A DNA stretch of 64,000 nucleotides from Candidatus Spyradenecus sp. (GTDB taxonomy: Bacteria > Verrucomicrobiota > Verrucomicrobiia > Opitutales > UBA953): assembly GCA_045535075.1 (NCBI GenBank), contig JAZSKX010000018.1, forward strand, positions 308,146 through 372,145, given 5' to 3'. The stretch's first letter is position 1. Every line of letters begins with the position of its first letter. The translations under genes and the position numbers were made by a program. The notes beneath the pieces were generated by a model. That model ran no database searches. It was not told the origin of the DNA and was given only the letters and a program-made list of their open reading frames with translations. Shown one piece after another: positions 20,559 through 30,128 of this stretch.

Positions 20559-20714
20559 GTCCTAAACTTGAAATTGAAATAAAAAGGAACGTTGAAAAAA
20601 AAGCATTTGGGAACAAGATGCAAGTTTTTTTTAACGAAATTAAAATTTTTCTTGCCAGAATCAGAAAAAATTTGCACTTGCCCCTCCGGGGTTCGTGTCC
20701 GTAGCATCTCCCGC

Positions 20715-21923
20715 ATGAGTGAAAATTTCACCGTTGAATACTATTTTGTCGATGCACAAGGTTCCCGCAACGGACCGATTAACGAAGCGGATTTTATCGA
20801 CGAAATTGCAGTCGGGACAATTTCGCCCGAAACGCCGGTTTGGCGCACGGGAGAATCCGATTGGCGTCCGTTCGGAGCCGTTCGCAAAATATGGTTTCCA
20901 CCCCTTGAACAAGAAACTGCCGGCGTTCCCGTGTTTGAGCGCCTCAGTGCCGACACGTCGTTCGGCTCGCTTTTCTCCGACACCTGGAGTTTTCTTTTCT
21001 CGGGAAATAATTTTTGGATGCTCCTCGCAGGCGGCATCCTCTGGGTTTTAATCGAAGCGGCAGCATCGACAGTCCTTAGCGAACTGACCACCCTCGTCGT
21101 GTCTTTTATCTCCACACTCGTCTTCCTGCTTTTCCTTCGCAAGTGGGATCGCGGCGAGAAGCCGGAATTCGCCGACCTGTTCCCGCTAAAACAGTTTTTC
21201 TTCCTCCCGTGGCTTCGCTCTCTCGGCGCCTCCGTTCTCGCGGGAACGGCCATTTTTATTCCGACGCTCATCGCCATCCTCATCGGAATCGGAAGCATCG
21301 CAAAAATCGCCTACCAGAATCCGGAGCTTCTCGAAAGAAACACACAGCTGACAAACACGCTTTTAAACACTCTCCAGCAATACGACACATCGGGACAAAC
21401 CGGCAAAATCCCGCAAATTGCGATTCAAGGCGAACAGGATGCCGACGAAATGCTTCCCGAAGTCGAATCTGCCGAGATCGTTTTTCCGGACAGCACGACG
21501 CTTGCCAAGGAATTTTCAATTAATGCTGAAATTTTCGAAGAACTCATCGACGGCTACGGAGATATGTCGGAAGCCGTTATCGAGTCTCCGATTTTCCCGA
21601 TCGCATTGATTCTCTCAATCCCGTTCATCGCTCTCAGCATCTTCCTTTCCGTTCGCCTCGCATTCGTAAGTTATTTCCCGCTCGATGCAGAAACCGGAGT
21701 TATCGATTCGTTAAAATATTCATGGAAACTAAGTTCCGGAAAGTTTTGGAAAATCTTTATCTTCGGCATCCTTTTAGGGATACTTTTCCTCTTCGGAACA
21801 ATGATTACACTCGGGCTCGGCTACCTTGTCCTTTGCCCTTACATCCTTGTCGCGTTCCCGGTACTTTACGCCAAGCTAATCAAATCCCGCTCTGATTTGA
21901 ATATTCCGTCGTCGCGCCTGTAA
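20715..21923 (+). CDS. GYF_2 (DUF4339)-domain integral membrane protein
   Basis: N-terminal YYFVD..GSRNGP....ISPETPVWRTGESDWRP is a GYF_2 pattern; several hydrophobic segments follow. Start placed at ATG 20715, just after a promoter-like element. Confidence 0.75.
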   Translation: MSENFTVEYYFVDAQGSRNGPINEADFIDEIAVGTISPETPVWRTGESDWRPFGAVRKIWFPPLEQETAGVPVFERLSADTSFGSLFSDTWSFLFSGNNFWMLLAGGILWVLIEAAASTVLSELTTLVVSFISTLVFLLFLRKWDRGEKPEFADLFPLKQFFFLPWLRSLGASVLAGTAIFIPTLIAILIGIGSIAKIAYQNPELLERNTQLTNTLLNTLQQYDTSGQTGKIPQIAIQGEQDADEMLPEVESAEIVFPDSTTLAKEFSINAEIFEELIDGYGDMSEAVIESPIFPIALILSIPFIALSIFLSVRLAFVSYFPLDAETGVIDSLKYSWKLSSGKFWKIFIFGILLGILFLFGTMITLGLGYLVLCPYILVAFPVLYAKLIKSRSDLNIPSSRL

Positions 21924-22043
21924 ACGCGTTCGAAAAGTAAACGAATCACGCAATCCGGGAAACCTTTCGTTCCCGCGGCTTTAGCTTTCTCTTGCTTTTT
22001 GCGGGAAGGAATGAAATGCTTTGCGCCCGTTTTTTTTTCAAAA

Positions 22044-23870
22044 ATGAAAGCAATCAGAAACATCGCAATCATCGCGCACGTCGACCACGGGAAAACAACG
22101 CTTGTCGATAAAATCATCCGACAGGCGAAAATGTTTCGCGACAATCAAACGATGCAGGAATGCTTTCTCGACAGCAACGATCTCGAACGGGAACGCGGAA
22201 TTACGATTCTTTCAAAAAATATCTCCATTCAGTATAGGGGCGTAAAAATTAACGTCATTGACACTCCCGGACACAGCGACTTCGGAGGACAAGTCGAACG
22301 CGTGCTCAACCTCACCGACGGTGTTATTTTGCTCGTCGACTCCGCCGAAGGGCCGATGCCGCAAACGCGTTTCGTCCTCGAAAAAGCTCTGCGCCTCGGC
22401 AAAAAAGCAATTGTTGTCGTCAATAAAATCGACAAACCGGACGCACGTCCGACGGAAGTCGTCGATGCCGTTTTCGACCTGTTTTGTGAACTTAATGCGA
22501 ATGAAGATCAGCTCGACTTCCCCCTGCTCTACGCGAGCGGCCGCGACGGTTGGGCGGTGAAAGATTTGGAAAACGACCCGCGCAATTCGATTGTCCCGCT
22601 GCTGGATGCCGTCATCGAACACGTTCCCGCGCCGGCACTCGTCGAAGGTCCGCTCCAAATGCAAATTGCGACCTTGGATTATTCGGACTACGTCGGGCGT
22701 ATCGGCATCGGGCGCGTCTCCCGGGGCGAGATTAAACTCAATTCGCCGGTCGTCGTTCTTGACCGCGACGGGAACGCCCGCAACGCACAAATCAAGCAGC
22801 TTTTCACCTTCGAAGGCTTAGAGCGCCAAGACTGTGAAAGCGTCAAATGCGGCGACATCTGCGGCGTCGTCGGGATCGAAGATATTTATGTTTCGGACAC
22901 GATTGCCGACGCGGAAACTCCGGAAATGCTCCCGCCGATTGCAATCGACGAACCGACAATTTCGATGATCTTCCGCGTGAACGATTCGCCGTTTTTCGGC
23001 AAAGACGGCAAATTCGTCACGGCGCGCCATATCCGCAACCGTTTAATGAAAGAATCACAGAGCGACGTTGCTCTGCGCGTCTGCGAAGCCGGGAACGGCG
23101 GCGAAATGTTCGAAGTCTCCGGCCGCGGCGTTTTGCATCTCGCAATTCTGATTGAAACAATGCGACGGGAAGGCTTCGAGCTTGCAGTCTCGCGCCCTCG
23201 CGTCATTACCAAAATTGTGGACGGCGTTTTGCACGATCCGATGGAGCAGCTGACAATTGACGTTCCCGAGGAATCCGCCGGGAACGTAATCACGCTCGTC
23301 GGACAACGTCGCGGCGAAATGACGCACATGGAGACGCGCGGGAATCGCCAGCTCATTGAATTTACGATTCCCACGCGCGGAATCATCGGCTTGCGCTCGA
23401 AAATTCTCACCGCATCGGCAGGCGAAGCGATTGTTTCGCATCGTTTTGATCATTATGCGCCGTTCAAAGGCGACATTCCCGCGCGCATTAACGGCTCGAT
23501 GGTTTCACTCGGGCAAGGAAAAGCCGTCGCTTACGCCATCGATGCGCTTCAACTGCGCGGCACGTTTTTTATCGATCCGGGAGAAGAAACTTACGAAGGC
23601 ATGGTTGTCGGCGAACATTGCAAAGACAAGGATTTACCGGTGAATTTGCAAAAAGGCAAAGAATTGACGAACATGCGCGCAGCGGGAAGCGACCGGAAAA
23701 TGAAAATTGCTCCCGCGACGAAACTTTCATTGGAACAGGCCTTGGAATACATCGCCGACGACGAGCTCGTCGAGGTCACGCCGCATTTCATCCGGCTTCG
23801 CAAAATTTATCTGACGGAAGAAGGTCGTAAACGAGCAGCCAAAGCGCTCAAAGACGGCGTTCTCGCATAA
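22044..23870 (+). CDS. typA: Translational GTPase TypA/BipA
   Basis: IRNIAIIAHVDHGKTT, DTPGHSDFGG, VSGRGVLHL, LTNMRAAG, DELVEVTP. Confidence 0.98.
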   Translation: MKAIRNIAIIAHVDHGKTTLVDKIIRQAKMFRDNQTMQECFLDSNDLERERGITILSKNISIQYRGVKINVIDTPGHSDFGGQVERVLNLTDGVILLVDSAEGPMPQTRFVLEKALRLGKKAIVVVNKIDKPDARPTEVVDAVFDLFCELNANEDQLDFPLLYASGRDGWAVKDLENDPRNSIVPLLDAVIEHVPAPALVEGPLQMQIATLDYSDYVGRIGIGRVSRGEIKLNSPVVVLDRDGNARNAQIKQLFTFEGLERQDCESVKCGDICGVVGIEDIYVSDTIADAETPEMLPPIAIDEPTISMIFRVNDSPFFGKDGKFVTARHIRNRLMKESQSDVALRVCEAGNGGEMFEVSGRGVLHLAILIETMRREGFELAVSRPRVITKIVDGVLHDPMEQLTIDVPEESAGNVITLVGQRRGEMTHMETRGNRQLIEFTIPTRGIIGLRSKILTASAGEAIVSHRFDHYAPFKGDIPARINGSMVSLGQGKAVAYAIDALQLRGTFFIDPGEETYEGMVVGEHCKDKDLPVNLQKGKELTNMRAAGSDRKMKIAPATKLSLEQALEYIADDELVEVTPHFIRLRKIYLTEEGRKRAAKALKDGVLA

Positions 23871-23886
23871 CCCTAACTCTATAAAA

Positions 23887-24102
23887 ATGTTAAGTAACAA
23901 CGACAAAATCACACGCACGGCACCCGCGATCTGCTCTTTTTTGGGAAGATACGCTCTTGTCGCATTTTTACTCTGGGCGATGTTCAGCCTCTTTAAGTTC
24001 TTTTTTCTCCAATTCGGAATGTTTGTCGGATTTGCGGGAATTCTGTGTGCGATTCTCACGGTTTCGCTAATCATCGCACTCCCGTTTCTCGCGAAACAAT
24101 AA
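23887..24102 (+). CDS. Small two-TM hypothetical membrane protein
   Basis: 71 aa with two hydrophobic stretches; starts 16 nt after typA. Confidence 0.55.
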   Translation: MLSNNDKITRTAPAICSFLGRYALVAFLLWAMFSLFKFFFLQFGMFVGFAGILCAILTVSLIIALPFLAKQ

Positions 24103-24154
24103 ACCTTATCAATAAAAATCCGACCGGCATCTTTCGGGCGTTGCCGGTCATTGA

Positions 24155-25525
24155 TCACGTTCCCGCAACCGAAGATTCGCTTTCCGGCGTTTTTCTCCCG
24201 AAATCTGCGGGAAGGTGCTTTCGGACTTCGGCGACAAGCCAAAATCCCGGCAAAGTACATAAAATCGCCCACCAAAAGAAATTTTCGTAACCGAGCCATT
24301 CCTGAAATGCTCCGGACCAAAATTTCGGCAACATCACGCCAAGCGCCATAAATCCCGTGCAAATCGCATAATGAGCGACGGCTCGGCGTGTTCCCGCGCA
24401 CACATAAAGCATATAAAGCATGTAGCCGGTGAAACCGAATCCGTAGCCGAACTGCTCAACAACAATACTCGCACCGATAAGCCCAAGCGATTCAGGTTGC
24501 CAATGCGCAAGTGCGACGTAAATCAAATCAGGCAAATTTAGCAGAAAAATCATTTGCCAAAGCCACGCACGCAAACCGTTGCGGGAAACCAGCCAACCGG
24601 CGATAACTCCGCCCGCAAGCATCGCAACCACTCCGAACGTTCCGTTAAGCAACCCGAAAACACGATTATCCAAAGCCAACCCGCCCTGTTCGATCGCATC
24701 TTTAAAGAACAACGGCGAGATAACTCCGAGCTGAACTTCGCCGAAACGGAAAAAAAGCAGGAAGAAAATCAAAAATCCGATGCGTTCTTTTTTAAAAAAC
24801 GTTTTCCACGTCTCCCAAAAATCCGAGGCAAGTGAAGTCGTTTTTCCGGAAGCCGGACAATCGTTTGTCGGGAACGGAAGAATCTTTGCGTGGAAAAACG
24901 CCAAAAGAGCCGTAAGCACGGCAACGCCCAGCAAAACGTAATTCCACGCCGTTCCCGCAGCATTCCCGCAAGCAATCAACAAGCCTGCAACCCAGATAAT
25001 TCCGCCTTTGGCAAAAACCTGAGAAATCCGAAAAAACGTGCTTCGCCAACCGGAAAAAAATGCCTGCCTTCCCGAATCCAGAGCAAGCATGTAAAATCCG
25101 TCGGCAGCGATATCATGCGTCGCGGAAATGACGGCAATCGAAAAAAGAAGCGCGACAATCGCCGCCGCGGGAACGCCGAAACTCAGCGCCACGGCAAATC
25201 CGGCAAGCAAAAGCGCTCCCGCGAATTGCGTTTTCACAATCCAAGAGCGTTTGCGCCCAAGGCTGTCCACAAGCGGGCTCCAAAGCGCCTTCAGCACCCA
25301 CGGCAAATAAGCCCATGCTGCAATAAACGTGATAACCGCGTTCCCGAATCCGAGATCTTTCATCGCAACAGGCGCGACGAGATCGACAATTGCATTGGGC
25401 AACCCCTGTGTGAAATAAAGCGTCGCCACCCAAAGAGCCGCGACGCCGCGCTGAGAAATTTTATTTCCCACAAAAAAATTCACGCTTCCGAAAACGGAAT
25501 TACCGCTCCCGCTAATGACTTTCAA
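24155..25525 (-). CDS. AmpG-family MFS transporter (true start may be about 25471-25486)
   Basis: LYFTQGLP, LPWVLKALWSPLVD and SATHDIAADGFY motifs; about 12 TM segments. Confidence 0.88.
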   Translation of the reverse strand: MKVISGSGNSVFGSVNFFVGNKISQRGVAALWVATLYFTQGLPNAIVDLVAPVAMKDLGFGNAVITFIAAWAYLPWVLKALWSPLVDSLGRKRSWIVKTQFAGALLLAGFAVALSFGVPAAAIVALLFSIAVISATHDIAADGFYMLALDSGRQAFFSGWRSTFFRISQVFAKGGIIWVAGLLIACGNAAGTAWNYVLLGVAVLTALLAFFHAKILPFPTNDCPASGKTTSLASDFWETWKTFFKKERIGFLIFFLLFFRFGEVQLGVISPLFFKDAIEQGGLALDNRVFGLLNGTFGVVAMLAGGVIAGWLVSRNGLRAWLWQMIFLLNLPDLIYVALAHWQPESLGLIGASIVVEQFGYGFGFTGYMLYMLYVCAGTRRAVAHYAICTGFMALGVMLPKFWSGAFQEWLGYENFFWWAILCTLPGFWLVAEVRKHLPADFGRKTPESESSVAGT

Positions 25526-25670
25526 TCGTCACGCGAGAAGCCGATCCGCCGAGATTGATGACTTTCGGTCCGGACGAGCACGCCGTCGCCAAAAGGCAGG
25601 CGAGCGCTAACAAAAGCGCACACGCTGCAATCTTTCCGGCGCGTTCCCGCGAATGCTTATTTACCTGCAT
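25512..25670 (-). CDS. Small putative lipoprotein
   Basis: ATG 25670 overlaps the upstream gene end; basic N-terminus, hydrophobic core, lipobox LATA-C followed by SSGP. Confidence 0.55.
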   Translation of the reverse strand: MQVNKHSRERAGKIAACALLLALACLLATACSSGPKVINLGGSASRVTIESH

Positions 25671-26439
25671 TGCCGGCATCTTTCCCAAGCGTTTTTTCGC
25701 CGAAAGCATCCACCGCCTTGAAAAGTTTGTGGAAGAAATCGGCAACCGTCACGTTGAGCGAAAGCATTTCACTGTTCGTCAAATCAATGGAGTCGCCAAC
25801 CTTGAATGCCCGACGCGTGTCCGCCAAGCGAACTTCCGGCTTGTCTTCCGGCTTGAGCGGCTGAATCGTTTGAACGGTTTTAAATTCGAAGGCAAGCTCG
25901 CCGTCGTCATCAACATCTTCCGCAGAAACAACGCCGTTGCGTTGCATCAGCGCACGAAGCGCAATCCCGAGTGTCGTTACCGCATCTTCGAGAGAATTCG
26001 TAATCCCGAATTCTTTTTCAAAAGCCTCAAACTTATCGGGGATTGACGAATTAACAAACGCACCTTGCTTTTGCCCGACAAGTTCATTGGTCGCCTTCGG
26101 ATCTTTTTCCATCGCCGCCTTGTTCGCGATAAGCGTGCAAAGCAAATGGCAATTATCCATACACGCCGCCGCAAGTCCGAGCAAATCATTGAGCGACTGG
26201 CGAAGAATCAGACCGTGGACATAGCCCTTCATCGCCTCAAACGGCATGTGCACGGGAGCAACCGGCATAATGCGCGTCATCCCGCTAAACGTATCATAAT
26301 TTTCGGCACTGACCGACTGGGATGCCGCAAGATTGAATGCGAGCAAATCAAATTGGCGCTGGAGTGCGCCGAGAAAATGGCGGCTGATCGCCTGCAAGCT
26401 GATGACCTGTTGTTTCGGATTGTTTTGTTCTTCGGACAT
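25657..26439 (-). CDS. Hypothetical protein
   Basis: 260-aa ORF from ATG 26439 with protein-like composition; no family recognised. Confidence 0.75.
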   Translation of the reverse strand: MSEEQNNPKQQVISLQAISRHFLGALQRQFDLLAFNLAASQSVSAENYDTFSGMTRIMPVAPVHMPFEAMKGYVHGLILRQSLNDLLGLAAACMDNCHLLCTLIANKAAMEKDPKATNELVGQKQGAFVNSSIPDKFEAFEKEFGITNSLEDAVTTLGIALRALMQRNGVVSAEDVDDDGELAFEFKTVQTIQPLKPEDKPEVRLADTRRAFKVGDSIDLTNSEMLSLNVTVADFFHKLFKAVDAFGEKTLGKDAGNAGK

Positions 26440-26650
26440 AATCTCTAAAATGCAATCGTCAAAACCCCGTTCCCGCAATGCAATTTTCTAAAGAATACGA
26501 AAACTCCGCTCCGCCTTGCCCACAAGGGTGAAAATTGTCCGCAGACGCCCGAAACAGACTTCCGCGGACAATTTTCTATGGGAATGTCTGTCTATATATT
26601 CGTTCCGAATCTCCGAAAATCACGCGACACCCGAAAAAATCTTTTAATTT

Positions 26651-29341
26651 TCATTTGAGACAAGTTTTCAAATACGGAGCAGTCGGCGAACGCTTAATTT
26701 TCAACAAACCGTTCGGGGCGCCTTGGTAGAGGACGTAGCCGCCGTCGTTCCCGCCGACGGGACCGATTTCGACAATCCAATCCGCTTCGGCAATCACATC
26801 CAAATGATGCTCAACAATGATGATTGTGTGCCCCTCATCGGCGAGGCGATGCACAAGCTTGAGCAGCTTCACGCAATCTGCCTGATGCAAGCCGATTGTC
26901 GGCTCTTCGAGAATGTAGCAATTTTTCTTCATCGCCTCGGCTCCGCCCTTACCCATGCGTTCTTTCCACGACGGGAGCGCGGTAACAAGCTCGCTGACAA
27001 GTTTGAGGCGTTGCGATTCTCCGCCCGAAAGCGTCGGCGAACTCTGCCCGAGCGTCAGATAGCCGAGTCCGCATTCGCACATGAGCGTGCAGATTTCCTG
27101 AAGTTTTTTGTGAAAGGAGAAAAATTCAGCGGCCTCGGCGAAAGTCATCGCAAGCACATCGGCGATATTCTTCCCGTTCCAACGAATATCTTCGACGGCG
27201 GGCGAATAACGCGTTCCCGCGCAATCTTCGCAAACGACGTTGGCATCAGGCATAAAATTCATTTCGAGTTTGATGCTTCCCGCGCCGGCGCAGGTTTCGC
27301 AGCGTCCGCCCTTGGTATTAAAGGAAAAAAATCCCGCACCGTACCCGCGCATTTGCGATTCGGGCAAAGTCGCGAAAACATTTCTGATAATATCGAACGC
27401 GCCGATGTATGTCGCCGGCGTCGAACGCGATGTTTTGCCGATAGGCTCCTGCGAGACAACGACAATTTTGCGAAAATGCTCAACGCCGGAAACCTCGTCG
27501 AAGGCAAGTTGCTCGTCGTCATCAGCAATAATGCGTTCCCGCAAAGCATGTTTTCCGGAAAGTGTTTTCATTTTTCCCGAAACGGCAAAAGCAAGCGACG
27601 GCGCAAGCAAGTCGCTCACAAGCGTGGATTTTCCCGCTCCGGAAACGCCGCAGACGACGCTTACGCAGCCGACGGGGAAACGGACATCTTCGCCTTTCAG
27701 ATTGCGTAAGCAGGCATTTTTAATTTCGACAACGGGAACATTTCTTACATTGCGACGCTTCCCGCGCATCGGATGCACGATGCCTTCCCGCAAAAATTTC
27801 AGGGTCAAAGAATTTTTCTCTTTTTGCGCGCCGGATTCCAAATCATTCGGCGTTCCCGCGAAAAGAATCTCGCCTCCGTGCGTTCCCGCGCCGGGGCCCA
27901 AGTCAATCACGCGGTCGGCGGCGCGCATCGTTTCTTCGTCGTGCTCGACAACAAGCAATCCGTTTCCGCGATCGCGCAGATTTTTCAGCGATTTGATTAA
28001 ATCAGCGTTGTCGCAGGGATGAAGCCCGATGCTGGGTTCGTCCAAGACGTAAAGTACGCCGGAAAGATTGGAGCCGAGCTGCGCCGCGAGACGAATGCGT
28101 TGTGCTTCGCCGCCGGAAAGCGTATTGCTTGCACGATCAAGCGAAAGATAGCTCAACCCGACACCGTCAAGAAACTTCAGACGGGAACGAATTTCGGGAA
28201 CGACACGTGCGGCGATTGCCTTTCCGCGAGCATCAAGCTCAAGGCATTCTAAGCTCGCGAGCAATTTTTTCGGTGTCATTGCCAACAATTCCGGCAACGA
28301 GCACTCTGTCGTTTTCTTTCCGTTTCTAATGCTTACCGAAACTGCGCGAGAAAGCGGATTGAGCCGTGCGCCGCCGCACTCCGGGCAACGCTTCGCGGAA
28401 ACGACGTCCGACAATGCATCCTCGTTCAACGCGCCTTCCTTCGCGCCCCAAGATTCGACAATGCGCCCGTGCCCGCGACAAGCCGGGCACCATCCGCGCG
28501 GAGAATTCCACGAAAAATCTTTCGGATCAAGTTCGGGAAATGCTTCCCCGGTTTTAGGGTCGATACGTTCCCGGGAAAACCATTCCAACGCGTTCCCGCG
28601 ATCGTCCAAAACAACGCAAGATTTCTTTCCCAGCTCTAGCGCCTTTTTGACGGAAGCAACGATATCTTTTCCGCGTTTCAAATCACAAAGCACCAATTCG
28701 ATGTCGTGTTCGCGATAGCGATCCAATGGTTTGAAATCCCGAAGCTCGATTAATTGCCCATCGGCACGCATCCGCTCAAATCCGTGTTCGATTGCCCAAG
28801 TCGCCAACGGGCCGTGGTGCCCCTTGCGATTGCGAATGACCGGCGCGGCAAGCCAAAGCGCTTTTGCCGATTTTGATTTTTCCCGAACCAATGCTTCGAT
28901 GCGGCGCACAACATCGTCAAGCGTTCCCGCGACCAAGGGCGTTCCCGTGAGCGGATTGTGCATGATGCCGATTTTCGCAAAAAGCAAACGCAGGTATTGT
29001 GCGACCTCGGTGACGGTTGCAACCGTGGATTTGGCGCTCCCGCGCGTAACGCGTTGTTCGATGGCGACAGTCGGCGGCAAGCCCTCGATAACATCAGCGT
29101 CCGGGCGCGGCAACTGCTCGACGAATTGGCGGGCGTATGCGCTCATGCATTCCATGAAGCGGCGTTGTCCTTCGGCAAAAACGACATCGAACGCGAGCGT
29201 CGATTTCCCGGAGCCGGAAAGCCCGGTAACGACAACCAATTCGTTCAGCGGAATATCAAGAGACACATTTTTCAGATTGTGTTCCCGCACTCCGCGCAGG
29301 CGAATCACGCTTGAATCAGCCCAATCGTCGTTCGATTTCAT
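26651..29341 (-). CDS. uvrA: Excinuclease ABC subunit A (short variant)
   Basis: HNLKNV, GLSGSGKS, LSGGEAQRIRLA, GVSGAGKS, CETCAGAG and LSGGESQRLKL; two ABC ATPase modules. Confidence 0.93.
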   Translation of the reverse strand: MKSNDDWADSSVIRLRGVREHNLKNVSLDIPLNELVVVTGLSGSGKSTLAFDVVFAEGQRRFMECMSAYARQFVEQLPRPDADVIEGLPPTVAIEQRVTRGSAKSTVATVTEVAQYLRLLFAKIGIMHNPLTGTPLVAGTLDDVVRRIEALVREKSKSAKALWLAAPVIRNRKGHHGPLATWAIEHGFERMRADGQLIELRDFKPLDRYREHDIELVLCDLKRGKDIVASVKKALELGKKSCVVLDDRGNALEWFSRERIDPKTGEAFPELDPKDFSWNSPRGWCPACRGHGRIVESWGAKEGALNEDALSDVVSAKRCPECGGARLNPLSRAVSVSIRNGKKTTECSLPELLAMTPKKLLASLECLELDARGKAIAARVVPEIRSRLKFLDGVGLSYLSLDRASNTLSGGEAQRIRLAAQLGSNLSGVLYVLDEPSIGLHPCDNADLIKSLKNLRDRGNGLLVVEHDEETMRAADRVIDLGPGAGTHGGEILFAGTPNDLESGAQKEKNSLTLKFLREGIVHPMRGKRRNVRNVPVVEIKNACLRNLKGEDVRFPVGCVSVVCGVSGAGKSTLVSDLLAPSLAFAVSGKMKTLSGKHALRERIIADDDEQLAFDEVSGVEHFRKIVVVSQEPIGKTSRSTPATYIGAFDIIRNVFATLPESQMRGYGAGFFSFNTKGGRCETCAGAGSIKLEMNFMPDANVVCEDCAGTRYSPAVEDIRWNGKNIADVLAMTFAEAAEFFSFHKKLQEICTLMCECGLGYLTLGQSSPTLSGGESQRLKLVSELVTALPSWKERMGKGGAEAMKKNCYILEEPTIGLHQADCVKLLKLVHRLADEGHTIIIVEHHLDVIAEADWIVEIGPVGGNDGGYVLYQGAPNGLLKIKRSPTAPYLKTCLK

Positions 29342-29963
29342 TTTTTAGTTTTTCGGAAATTACGTCCGCCGAATCATTCGCTTCAACGACAAAAAATCGC
29401 TGCGGAAATTTTTCGGCAAGCTTAAGATAAGCGGCACGCACACGCTCATAAAACGCAAGTTCCATGGTTTCCATGCGATCTTGTTTGTCTCCGTTTTCTC
29501 CGGCACGGGAACGCACGCGCGCAAAACCGACGGACGGATCCAAATCGAGCAAAACCGTCAAATCCGGCTCCAAGCCTCCGGTAGCAAATCGGTTGACGGC
29601 GGAAACGGCGGCCTCGCCGAGTCCGCGCCCGGCACCTTGATAGGCGACGGAAGAATCCGTAAAGCGATCCGAAATTACATAAACGCCGCGTTCCAACGCG
29701 GGAACGATGACCTCGCGAACGAGTTGCGCGCGCGCCGCCGAAAACAAAAGCGCTTCGGCTTCCTGCGTCAGCGTATCGCCGTAATCAGCGAATTTCAGAA
29801 TCTTGCGGACATCCTCGCCGAGCGCGGTTCCGCCGGGTTCCCGCGTAAGCAAAACCTCTTTTCCGCGTTCCCGCAGAAACGCCGCCAAGCGCGTAATTTG
29901 CGTGGTTTTTCCGACGCCTTCTCCGCCTTCAAAAGAAATAAATCGTCCGCGTTGTGTTCCCAT
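29316..29963 (-). CDS. tmk: Thymidylate kinase
   Basis: FISFEGGEGVGKTTQ, TREPGGT, SDRFTDSSVAYQG. Confidence 0.97.
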   Translation of the reverse strand: MGTQRGRFISFEGGEGVGKTTQITRLAAFLRERGKEVLLTREPGGTALGEDVRKILKFADYGDTLTQEAEALLFSAARAQLVREVIVPALERGVYVISDRFTDSSVAYQGAGRGLGEAAVSAVNRFATGGLEPDLTVLLDLDPSVGFARVRSRAGENGDKQDRMETMELAFYERVRAAYLKLAEKFPQRFFVVEANDSADVISEKLKNEIERRLG

Positions 29964-30128
29964 TGTATTTATATTCAGTTCTTTTACCTGCGGGCGCAAA
30001 AGGAAAATTCTCAAAGAGGAAAGCCCTGATTCGCTTAGACGAAAAAAACCGGCAAATTCCGATTCTCGTCTAAGCAAAAATCCGGAAAGCGCCGGTTTCA
30101 TCATAAATTCGGATGCTTCGTCCTTTTC

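Noticed and set aside
26651..29341. Specific enrichment of the motif in DNA-repair genes
   Set aside because: uvrA is rich, but thiM is denser and mutS is about average, so this window does not support the claim.
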